Source of the DNA: Myxococcota bacterium
GTDB taxonomy: Bacteria > Myxococcota_A > UBA796 > CAJQPC01
NCBI GenBank assembly: GCA_036229005.1
Contig: JAZAMN010000030.1
Coordinates: forward strand, 1 to 64,000
Direction of reading: 5' to 3'
Length of the DNA stretch: 64,000 nucleotides
A model generated the notes under the pieces. That model was given only the letters and a program-made list of their open reading frames with translations. It had not been told where the DNA came from and did not search any database. Shown here piece after piece: positions 1-8,182 of this stretch. The stretch's first letter is position 1. Each line of letters starts with the position of its first letter. The position numbers and the translations under genes are program-made.

Positions 1-1451
1 GGTAGCGTCCCAGGAAGTGGTGTAGCAGCCCCCTCAGGTTGAAGAGGCGGTGGGGTTCTCCATAGACGTTGACTTGTCAACAACAACAACCTGGAGACCC
101 ACCGCTCATGGCCGACGTAGAAGATTTGACCGCACTCAGCAACACCCTTGTCCAGGCCCAGCCTGACTTCTTCCGGGAGCTCCTCAAGGAGGCGCTTCGG
201 GAGGTGATGGAGACCGAAGTCTCTGCCCTGACTGGCGCCACGCATGGAGAGCGCAGCGAGGCTCGCCTGAACCAGCGCAACGGGTACCGCTCTCGGGCAC
301 TCGAGACGCGAATGGGGACCGTAAATCTTGAGATTCCGCGCCTCCGAAAGGGAAGCTACTACCCAAGCTTTCTGGCTCCGCGTCGGCGTTGGGAGAAGGC
401 CTTTGTCAACGTGGTCAGCGAGGCCTACGTCCTGGGCGTCTCCACGCGCAAGGTGGAGGACTTGATGGAGGCGATGGGGGCCCAGGGGGTCAAGCGCAGC
501 GAGGTCTCGCGCATGGCCCAGGTCCTGGACCGCGAGGTCGACCTCTTCCGAAACAGGCACCTGGGGAAGAAGGCCCACCCCTACGTGTGGCTCGACGCCA
601 TCCACATCAAGACTCGGGACCACGGCCGCGTGGTCTCCAAGGCCGTCCTCATCGCCATCGGCGTGACGGAGACGGGCGAACGTCAGGTCCTCGGGATCGA
701 GGTCGCGCAGAAGGAGATGGCCAGCTCCTGGTCCCACTTCCTCGAAGGTTTGGTCACCCGCGGCCTGCGCGGGGTGCAGCTTGTGATCAGCGACGCCCAC
801 GCCGGCCTTCGCGCCGCGATTCCACGCGTGATGAACGGCTGCACATGGCAGCGCTGCAGCGTGCACTTCCTCCGCAACGTCCTCAGCGTGATCCCTCGCA
901 AGGCCCAGCAACTGGCCAGCGCCAGCATTCGCCACATCTTCCACCAGGCCTCCATCGAGGACGCCAAGCAAGCGCTCGGACGCGCAGTTGAGCTCCTCGA
1001 GCCCAAGTGGCCGCGCGCCGCCGAGCTGCTGCTTGAGGCCGAGGAGGACGTGCTTGCCTACATGCACTTCCCCGAGGCCCACTGGAGACAGCTCAAGTCC
1101 ACCAACCCGCTGGAGCGCCTGAACAAAGAGATCCGTCGCCGCACGGACGTGGTTGGCATCTTCCCCACCGACGCCTCCATCCTTCGGCTGGTCGGCATGC
1201 TGATGGTGGAGCACAGCGACGAATGGGAGGTCGGTCGTCGCTACTTCAGCCTGGCGAGCATGGCCAAGGTCACTGGCGCCGACCAGGTCCCTCCCCGAGC
1301 GCTGGAGCGGCTGTGACCGCCCCTCTACCCTGAACCTCCTTCCACTTCAGCGAGAGGGGACACCCCTCTCGCGCTCACCCCGATGAACCCAACGGAGTCA
1401 ACGGACTCGAAGAACCCCATCGACTCGTACACCACTTGACGGGACACACCT
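1..1451 (+). mobile_element. IS256-family insertion sequence
   Basis: Single transposase flanked by imperfect terminal inverted repeats: 1-25 ggtagcgtcccaggaagtggtgtag versus reverse complement of ~1427-1451 aggtgtgtcccgtcaagtggtgtac (shared gtccc-N3-aagtggtgta). Target duplication cannot be assessed because the window starts at the left end. Confidence 0.92.
108..1316 (+). CDS. IS256-family (Mutator-type) DDE transposase
   Basis: Motifs RNGYR, IPRLRKGSYYP, VWLDA, LVISDAHAGL, WQRCSVHF, STNPLERLNKEIRRRT. ATG 108 follows ggag. Confidence 0.95.
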   Translation: MADVEDLTALSNTLVQAQPDFFRELLKEALREVMETEVSALTGATHGERSEARLNQRNGYRSRALETRMGTVNLEIPRLRKGSYYPSFLAPRRRWEKAFVNVVSEAYVLGVSTRKVEDLMEAMGAQGVKRSEVSRMAQVLDREVDLFRNRHLGKKAHPYVWLDAIHIKTRDHGRVVSKAVLIAIGVTETGERQVLGIEVAQKEMASSWSHFLEGLVTRGLRGVQLVISDAHAGLRAAIPRVMNGCTWQRCSVHFLRNVLSVIPRKAQQLASASIRHIFHQASIEDAKQALGRAVELLEPKWPRAAELLLEAEEDVLAYMHFPEAHWRQLKSTNPLERLNKEIRRRTDVVGIFPTDASILRLVGMLMVEHSDEWEVGRRYFSLASMAKVTGADQVPPRALERL

Positions 1452-1601
1452 CGCTGCCCTTCTGCTTTGGAGCCGTTCCAAAGCAGGTGCTTCCTCTTGT
1501 TTCGCCGAGTCCCCGATTGGGTGAGGGGGCGATGTCAGACACGTGAAATGCGATGAAAGAGGGGGTCGCGGTACAAGTCAAATGCAAGTCGGGAAGAACC
1601 C

Positions 1602-2501
1602 ATGGTGCCTACAGCTCCCAACGCATACTCCGCGCAGAACGACACGCTTTCCCTGGCCGCGCTGGCCTGGCGAGAGCGGTGGACCGGGACCCTGGAGATC
1701 CAGGTCGGAGAGTCCACCCGGTCGGTATGTTTCAGGAATGGCGGGCCGGTGAAACCATCTGATTTCACCCTGCTGAACGCCTACGCCCTGCGGGACGCGG
1801 AGTTTCGCTTCGTCGAGAGTGCCGGACCCAAGGGCCTTCACGAGAGCTTGGGGCAGCTCCTGCTGCGCCTGGCCTCCAAGAAGGCGCTGGAGCTGAGCGG
1901 TGGACGGGTTCAGCTCGGGATCAACGCCGGCGACGCTGAGCTGCTGGAGCTCCCGGAGCCCTTGCTCACCCTGAGCTGCCGCCCCGGAGCCCGGCCCCAG
2001 GTCAGCGATCTGGCCGAGGATCTGGAGGCGCCCGAGCTGCTCGGGGCCCTGCTGCGCCTCGGCTTCCTGACCCACCACAAGGAGCAGGAGGTCACGCCCT
2101 TCGCGGATCCCTCCGTCGGCAACCTGCTCTCGGGCATGGTCGACCTGAACGCGGTGCTGGGTGACCTGGAGATCCCCCTGGACGAGGCCATCGAGTTCGA
2201 CCCCGTCGACGACCTGCTGGACCGGGTGCGCGGCCTGGCCGACCTGGGCCGCTGGGAGGAGGCCGATGGGCATCTGCGCAACTACGTGGGCTCGGTGGAT
2301 CGCTCGGAGCTGGCGGCGTGGCGCGGTTGGGTCCGCTTGAACTGCGGCTCCGTCCCGGTGCAAGAGAGAGTGCAAGGGGCGCTCAAGTGGGCGCGGCTCT
2401 CGGAGAAGCTACCCTTCGATCCGGAGGCTCAACTCTTGGGCCTGCGAATCCGTCATGAGGCTGACCGGCTGCTCAGGTCCCAGGAGGGTGAATGCGCATA
2501 A
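1602..2501 (+). CDS. Hypothetical protein with DUF4388/PATAN-like N-terminus and helical (TPR-like) C-terminus; paralog of 5236-6111
   Basis: N-terminal RWTGTLEIQVG...VCFRNGGPV resembles the DUF4388/PATAN TGxL...FxxG pattern. Overlaps the mglA start. Confidence 0.6.
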   Translation: MVPTAPNAYSAQNDTLSLAALAWRERWTGTLEIQVGESTRSVCFRNGGPVKPSDFTLLNAYALRDAEFRFVESAGPKGLHESLGQLLLRLASKKALELSGGRVQLGINAGDAELLELPEPLLTLSCRPGARPQVSDLAEDLEAPELLGALLRLGFLTHHKEQEVTPFADPSVGNLLSGMVDLNAVLGDLEIPLDEAIEFDPVDDLLDRVRGLADLGRWEEADGHLRNYVGSVDRSELAAWRGWVRLNCGSVPVQERVQGALKWARLSEKLPFDPEAQLLGLRIRHEADRLLRSQEGECA

Positions 2502-3088
2502 ACGCACGGAAGCGGGAGATCTCGCTCAAGATCGTCTACTACGGCCCCGGTCTGAGCGGGAAGACCACCAACCTCAAGTCCATCCACCGCTCCGCCCCCG
2601 ACAGCAACCGCGGCGAGCTGCTCGTGCTGGACACCGAGACCGAGCGCACCCTCTTCTTTGACTACTTCCCCCTCACCCTGGGGGAGCTGGACGGCTTCCG
2701 CGTCAAGCTGGACTTCTTCACGGTCCCCGGCCAGTCCTTCTACCAGCGCACCCGCGGTCTGGTGCTCAACGGTGCCGACGGCGCCGTGTTCGTCGCGGAC
2801 TCCAACCCCCGCCGCGAGCAGGCCAACCTCCTGAGCATGGAGGACCTGGTGGCCTCGCTCAAGGAAGAGGGCAAGGACCCGGCGAGCTTCCCCCTGGTGT
2901 TCCAGTGGAACAAACAGGACATGCGCGGCGCCGCCAAGCCCGCCACCCTCAACAAGCTCCTCAACCCCTACGGGCACCCGGCGTTCTCCGCCGTCGCCAT
3001 CCGGGGGGAGGGGGTCTCTGAGACCCAGCAGGCCATCGTCAAGGGGGTGCTCGACTCGCTGCGGAACCGCAAGAAGGCCTCCGCATGA
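2492..3088 (+). CDS. mglA: MglA-family small Ras-like GTPase
   Basis: KIVYYGPGLSGKTTNL (G1), TETERTLFFD (G2 with intrinsic Arg), TVPGQ (MglA-type G3), NKQD (G4). Probably a paralog rather than the main motility mglA. Confidence 0.9.
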   Translation: MRINARKREISLKIVYYGPGLSGKTTNLKSIHRSAPDSNRGELLVLDTETERTLFFDYFPLTLGELDGFRVKLDFFTVPGQSFYQRTRGLVLNGADGAVFVADSNPRREQANLLSMEDLVASLKEEGKDPASFPLVFQWNKQDMRGAAKPATLNKLLNPYGHPAFSAVAIRGEGVSETQQAIVKGVLDSLRNRKKASA

Positions 3089-3867
3089 GCACCGACACCC
3101 TTGGGGGGGCGCTCTCCGGGCTGGACCTCGCCTCGCTGCTCACCCAACAGGATGTGCAGACGGAGGAGTCCGCGCTGGAGGCCGTCTCTCGGGACATCGC
3201 CCGGGATCTGGTCGAGGTCGTCGCGCTCTCCGGCTCCCAGCTCCTCTCCGGTCGGGACGAGGGGCGGGTGCTCGAGCAGCTCGCTGACGGCCTGGGATCC
3301 CTGATGCGCCTCGCCCGTGCCTCGCAGGACCCAGAGCACATCGCGCTGCTCGAAGGCCTGGATGGGGCGTTGGTGAGCTACCGGGGGAAGAGGGGCAAGA
3401 GTGGCCCTCGACATGCCTTCCTCAACACCCTCAGGGACTGGCTGCCCCGCTACGGTAGCTACCTTGGGGGTGACAGCGAGGAGCGGCTGACCGCGCTCGT
3501 GGAGTTCAACAGCGATGAGCTGCCCCTGTTCGCTGAACTCGCCAACATCCGGGGGATCGGTCCCCGTCGCCTGCGGCGGCTTCATGGCGCGGGCTTCTAC
3601 CAGGCGGCCAGCCTGAGCCACGCCGACCCCGAAGAGCTCGCGGCCGTGACCGGCCTGCCCCGGAAGCTGGCGGCCGACGTGATCGCCGAGAGCGCGGCCT
3701 GGCAGGAAGAGCAGCGGCGCCGCGCTGTCGTGGACATGAACCGCCGGCTGCAGGACTTCCAGCGCGCTGTGTCCGCCCTCAAGCAGGAGGGGAACGGTGA
3801 GCTGCTGTCTGCGGCGCAAGAGGCGATGAACAGCATGCGGGCGATGCTCGCCGACCTGGAGGGCTGA
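3085..3867 (+). CDS. Helix-hairpin-helix domain protein with C-terminal coiled coil
   Basis: LANIRGIGPRRLRRLHGAGF...ADPEELAAVTGL tandem HhH. ATGA overlap with mglA. Confidence 0.75.
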   Translation: MSTDTLGGALSGLDLASLLTQQDVQTEESALEAVSRDIARDLVEVVALSGSQLLSGRDEGRVLEQLADGLGSLMRLARASQDPEHIALLEGLDGALVSYRGKRGKSGPRHAFLNTLRDWLPRYGSYLGGDSEERLTALVEFNSDELPLFAELANIRGIGPRRLRRLHGAGFYQAASLSHADPEELAAVTGLPRKLAADVIAESAAWQEEQRRRAVVDMNRRLQDFQRAVSALKQEGNGELLSAAQEAMNSMRAMLADLEG

Positions 3868-4398
3868 GTGACGTTCAAGGAACTGCGAGAGCGCGTGGCT
3901 GCACGCACCGGTCTGCCCCAGGCGACCGTCGACAAGGTGGTGCGGGCGCTGCTCGCCGAGATCCAGGAGGCCATCATCGACGGGAAGCGCATCCCCTTGC
4001 CTGGGGTGGGCACCCTGGAGCGGAGCTGGCGGCCCGAGCGGGTGGTGCGCTCCATCCAGAGCGCGCGCCGCATGCCGGTGGACGCCCGCTGGTCGCCGCG
4101 CTTTCGGCCGGCGAAGGCCCTCAAGGAGGGGCTGCTGGCCCTGACCACGCAGTACTACGGGGACCCCGCGCACCAGGCGGCCTGGGCGGTGGCGGAGACC
4201 CTGGTCGGCGACCTGGAGCTGTACCACTCCGATCAGATCCCCGCGGACCTGGCGGGGCTCGACCTTGAGCAGGTCTCCGCGCGCTGCGAGCGGGCCTTTG
4301 GGGAGTCCTGGACCCGCGCTGTGGAGTCCTACCGGGCGAAAGCCAAGGTCGACCGGGACCACCTGTCCGCCGCAGCGCAGCGGGCCTGGGCGAGCTAG
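3868..4398 (+). CDS. HU/IHF-family DNA-binding protein with ~85-aa C-terminal extension
   Basis: TFKELRERVAARTGL...LPGVGTL...PRFRPAKALKE is HU-fold. Starts immediately after the upstream stop codon. Confidence 0.8.
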   Translation: MTFKELRERVAARTGLPQATVDKVVRALLAEIQEAIIDGKRIPLPGVGTLERSWRPERVVRSIQSARRMPVDARWSPRFRPAKALKEGLLALTTQYYGDPAHQAAWAVAETLVGDLELYHSDQIPADLAGLDLEQVSARCERAFGESWTRAVESYRAKAKVDRDHLSAAAQRAWAS

Positions 4399-4410
4399 TT
4401 CTCCGAATCG

Positions 4411-4441
4411 CAAGTCCCAACACCCTTGGTGTCGGGACTTG
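4411..4441 (+). terminator. Stem-loop after the HU-like gene
   Basis: caagtcccaacacc-ctt-ggtgtcgggacttg inverted repeat; no poly-U tail. Confidence 0.5.
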
Positions 4442-4634
4442 CGGCTCAGAGAACTATTGTCTTCTCCGGGGGACACCCCCGGAATGCGCCTCCGGCGCAC
4501 CCCCGCGGGCCCACTTGGGCCCGGCGTTCTGCCGGACTCTCCATATTGTGACTTCGGACCGGCAGAACTAGAAGGCGCTCGCGAGCCTGTACCCGGCCGC
4601 CGCGTGGGTTAGGGCTCCTGCACCAAGCAGGAGC

Positions 4635-5090
4635 GTGCTCGTGAGCCTCTTTGACGACGTGGTGGCCTTCTTCGACTCGGACGACTGGAAGACCCAGCGG
4701 ATGGACGACCCCTCGGCCCTGGTGATGGGCTTCGTGGGCGACTCGGCGCGGTGGCAGTGCTACTGCAAGGTGCGCGAAGAGCAGCACCAGATCCTCTTCT
4801 ACAGCATCGCGCCCGTCGCGGTCCCCGAGGAGCAGCGCGCGCAGGTGAGCGAGTTCATCACCCGCGCCAACTACGGCTTGATCGTGGGGAACCTGGAGAT
4901 GGACTTTGTGGACGGCGAGGTCCGCTACAAGTCTGCCATCGACGTGGAGGGCGCCGAGTTCTCTCCGGCCCTGGTGCGCAACCTGGTCTACGCCAACGTG
5001 CTGACCATGGACCGCTACCTGCCGGGCCTGCTGGCCATGATCCACGGCGACGCGAGCGCGAGCGATGCGATCGCCAAGGTCGAGGGCTGA
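4635..5090 (+). CDS. YbjN-domain (T3SS-chaperone-like fold) protein
   Basis: EFITRANYGLIVGNLEMDFVDGEVRYKSAID is typical of the YbjN family. Confidence 0.8.
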   Translation: MLVSLFDDVVAFFDSDDWKTQRMDDPSALVMGFVGDSARWQCYCKVREEQHQILFYSIAPVAVPEEQRAQVSEFITRANYGLIVGNLEMDFVDGEVRYKSAIDVEGAEFSPALVRNLVYANVLTMDRYLPGLLAMIHGDASASDAIAKVEG

Positions 5091-5235
5091 GGCGAGATTC
5101 GGGGCTGAATCCCGACTTCTGTGCGCAAAACAGGGGGCCCACGTACGGGGTTTCCTGTAATCGGGATGCAAGCGCCTCAGAGGGCATCTACAGGATGAAT
5201 GCGGTCGTCAGACTTCCATTCTCTGGTGGTGCCCT

Positions 5236-6111
5236 ATGGTTGACGACATCGACTCCGGATCTGCGCTCTCTGTTGCCGCCCTCGCCTGGCGGGAACGCTG
5301 GACGGGCCGACTCCAGATCCAGGTTGGACAGCGCTTGGTGGACATGCCCTTTCGCCAGGGTAGCCCCTCCAACGCCTCCCAGTTCAGCCTGCTCAACGCC
5401 TACTGGCGCAAGCCGGCGCAGTTCACCTTCGAGGAGCGCTCGGGGCCCCGGAGCTTCCGCGCCAGCCTCGGTCAGCTCCTGATCCGTCTGGGCAAGCGCA
5501 CGGCCAGCCCGCTGGAAGGGGGCCAGGTGCGCCTGCTCATCCAGCGGGAAGACGTGGATGGGTTGGCGCTTCCCGAGGCGTTCGAGCAGCTCCTCGCCAA
5601 GCCCGGCGGACGCGCCTGCACCCAGGATCTGAGTGAGGCGCTGGAAGACCCCAAGCTGCTTGGAGCGATGGCCGCGCTCGGGATGCTCGAGCACAGCACG
5701 GCCCCGGTCGTCCAGCCCTCGGAGCCCTGCGTCAAGCAGCTCCTGGACGGCGAGAGCAGCCTGGATCTCTTCCTGGGGGACCTGTCCCTGGAGGATCTGG
5801 TCACCCCGGAACGCGACCCCACCGACCAGCTCCTGGGAGATGTCCGGGCCCTGACCGAGCAGGGGCAGTGGCGCGAGGCCAACCGCCTGATGCGCGACTT
5901 TGTGGGCAGCGTCGAGCGCTCCGCCCTGGCCGCCTGGCGCGCCTGGGTCGCCCTCAACGACGACAGCGTCGCCGAGCGCGAGCGGGTCGTGGAGGCGCTG
6001 CGCTGGGCACGGCTGGCCGAGCGACTGCCTCCGGAGGACGAGGCCGGCTGGCTGTGTCAGCAGGTGTTCGCCGCCTCCGAGGGCGCTGGCCAGACGCTGC
6101 GCTGTGCGTGA
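5236..6111 (+). CDS. Paralog of 1602-2501 (DUF4388/PATAN-like)
   Basis: Shares AALAWRERWTG, LLNAY, SLGQLLxRL, VGSVxRSxLAAWRxWV and ALxWARL with 1602-2501. Confidence 0.7.
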   Translation: MVDDIDSGSALSVAALAWRERWTGRLQIQVGQRLVDMPFRQGSPSNASQFSLLNAYWRKPAQFTFEERSGPRSFRASLGQLLIRLGKRTASPLEGGQVRLLIQREDVDGLALPEAFEQLLAKPGGRACTQDLSEALEDPKLLGAMAALGMLEHSTAPVVQPSEPCVKQLLDGESSLDLFLGDLSLEDLVTPERDPTDQLLGDVRALTEQGQWREANRLMRDFVGSVERSALAAWRAWVALNDDSVAERERVVEALRWARLAERLPPEDEAGWLCQQVFAASEGAGQTLRCA

Positions 6112-6138
6112 GCCGACTGCGGGTGACCTCGCCTGCGG

Positions 6139-6666
6139 CTAGGTGAGCTCGATGCGCTGGAGGGTCGTGAGCTCCAGGCGGAGGGCCCCGTCGCCGGAGA
6201 GCACACAAGCCCCTCCCTCATCCAGCCCCTCGATGCCGCCCTCCTTCTCCAAGGTGCACTCCGCCACGCCGCTGTCGGACCAGGGGATCTGCACGCGGGG
6301 GACCAGGCGGATGTCGCTGACGGCGGGGCCGGCCTCCAGCACCCAGAGCTCCAGGTGGAAGCTGTCGGGCAAGGGGCTGTCGCCGACCACGCCCAGGCTG
6401 GGGCGCTTGACGATGAGCTCGAAGGCGCCGTTGTCGCAGGAGATGGTGGGGGTGGCCTCCCAGAGCACGGTGCGGCCCATGCCCTGGTCGAATGCGGCCA
6501 GGCGCAGCTTGACCTTGTCGCGGTGCACCGGCATCTCGCGGTGGGTCAGAGTCCCGGCGAGCTTGAGGGCCAGCTTGGGGGGCTTGTCGCCCTTGGCCCA
6601 GGCGCGGGGGGAGGCGAGCAGGAGGGTGGCGGTCAGACCGCCCAGCAGGTGTCGGCGCGTGATCAT
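6139..6666 (-). CDS. Tat-exported hypothetical protein
   Basis: MITRRHLLGG...ASPRAWA twin-arginine signal peptide. Confidence 0.65.
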   Translation of the reverse strand: MITRRHLLGGLTATLLLASPRAWAKGDKPPKLALKLAGTLTHREMPVHRDKVKLRLAAFDQGMGRTVLWEATPTISCDNGAFELIVKRPSLGVVGDSPLPDSFHLELWVLEAGPAVSDIRLVPRVQIPWSDSGVAECTLEKEGGIEGLDEGGACVLSGDGALRLELTTLQRIELT

Positions 6667-6715
6667 GCGGGGATCATAGACCCCGCGGGCTCCGGTCCCG
6701 CGATAGCCTGCCGGA

Positions 6716-7609
6716 ATGCTGCTCTTGCTCATCTCCTGCTACAAGCCGCCCGCCGCGCCCACCCCCTCCGCCGAGTCGCTGGGTTCCCCGTCCCGCGCCG
6801 GGCTCCCGGAGACCAGCCTGCGGGCCATGCATGTGGCCAGCATCACGCTGCCGCAGAACCAGGCGCTCAAGGGGGGCTCCCGCAAGGTCGACGTGCCGGG
6901 GGTGGTCAGCAGCTTCCTTGTCGAGCACCCCCAGGGCGACGTGCTGGTGGACACGGCCTTTGGTCGGCGCACCGCCATGGACCACAAGGACTACCCGGGG
7001 CCCTTCTGGATGATCGGCCTGCCGGACTTCGAGATGCACACCCCGCCGGTGCAGATGCTGCCGGAGATCGGCAAGTCGGCCGGGGACGTCGCGCACATCC
7101 TGCTCACCCACAGCCACCACGACCACATCGGCGGGCTGGAGGACTTCCCGGACGCCAAGGTGCACCTGGACGCGGTGGAGTGGGAGCACGTCCAGGGCGG
7201 CGGGCCGGTGCTCGCGCCGCTGCTGGAGCACAAGCACGTCGAGCCCCTGGTCCTGGATCAGGGCCCCTACGGCCCCTTCGCCCAGCACCGGGACTTCTCC
7301 GGGGACGGCAGCATCATCCTGCTCCCTTCGCCGGGGCACACGCCGGGCAGCATCATGGTCTTGGTGAACCTGCCCCAGAGCTCCGTGCTGCTGATGGGCG
7401 ACGCCGCCTGGATCGACGACAACTGGACCCAGACCCTGCCCAAGGGCGGCTTCGTGCGGCGGCGCTTCGAGTACGACTGGGTCTCGGGGATGCGACCCTT
7501 GTACCTGGTCTCTGCTTGGAAGGAGGCCTGGCCTGAGCTGGTCGTGGTCAGCGGCCACGACGCCTCCACCCGCGAGCTGCTCCCCAGTTGGCCGGAGCCG
7601 CTGCGATGA
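6716..7609 (+). CDS. MBL-fold metallohydrolase (AHL-lactonase-like), probable lipoprotein
   Basis: THSHHDHIGG, PGHTPG, GDAA and GHD motifs. Confidence 0.85.
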   Translation: MLLLLISCYKPPAAPTPSAESLGSPSRAGLPETSLRAMHVASITLPQNQALKGGSRKVDVPGVVSSFLVEHPQGDVLVDTAFGRRTAMDHKDYPGPFWMIGLPDFEMHTPPVQMLPEIGKSAGDVAHILLTHSHHDHIGGLEDFPDAKVHLDAVEWEHVQGGGPVLAPLLEHKHVEPLVLDQGPYGPFAQHRDFSGDGSIILLPSPGHTPGSIMVLVNLPQSSVLLMGDAAWIDDNWTQTLPKGGFVRRRFEYDWVSGMRPLYLVSAWKEAWPELVVVSGHDASTRELLPSWPEPLR

Positions 7610-8172
7610 CCGCGCTGCTGCTTGCGGCCCTGACCGGCGTGGTCGGCGTCGGCATCAACTCCAACGGCATGCCCCTGGTCTCGGACCAGACGGTGGAGTG
7701 CCCGAACGAGGCCAAGGACGGCCGCTACCGCAAGGCCTACGAGCAGGGTGGGCGCTTCCTCAAGGGCGAGTGCCAAGGCGGCCTGGCCACGGGCGACTGG
7801 CGGGCCTGGCACGCCAACGGCGAGAAGATGTGGAAGGGCACGCTGGACCACGGCAAGCTCCAGGGCAGCTTCAAGAGCTGGCACGACACCGGCAAGCTGC
7901 GGGCCCGCGGGCGCTTCAAGGACGGCGAGCCCGTCGGGTTCTGGATCTACTTCCACCGCGACGGCAGCCTGGCCGCCCGGGGACGCTGGGTGGAGGGAGA
8001 AGAGGCCGGCTGCTGGAAGACCCGCTACGCCGACGGCCGCCGCCGCGAGAAGGGCGCCTACGTGGACGGCGACAAGGTCAAGAACTGGTACCGCTGGGGC
8101 CCCTCGGGGCGGGACAAGGAGAGCTTCGGCGGCAGCACGGAGCAGGGGCGCTGCTGGTGGCCGCTGCTCTGA
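7606..8172 (+). CDS. MORN-variant repeat (YwqK-like) secreted protein
   Basis: Repeated GxWxxWHxNG/GxxxxG units after a signal peptide. Confidence 0.8.
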   Translation: MTALLLAALTGVVGVGINSNGMPLVSDQTVECPNEAKDGRYRKAYEQGGRFLKGECQGGLATGDWRAWHANGEKMWKGTLDHGKLQGSFKSWHDTGKLRARGRFKDGEPVGFWIYFHRDGSLAARGRWVEGEEAGCWKTRYADGRRREKGAYVDGDKVKNWYRWGPSGRDKESFGGSTEQGRCWWPLL

Positions 8173-8182
8173 AGTCCTCCGC

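Noticed and set aside
7606..8172. YwqK 'antitoxin' implying a toxin-antitoxin system
   Set aside because: Generic MORN-like repeats; no adjacent toxin gene.
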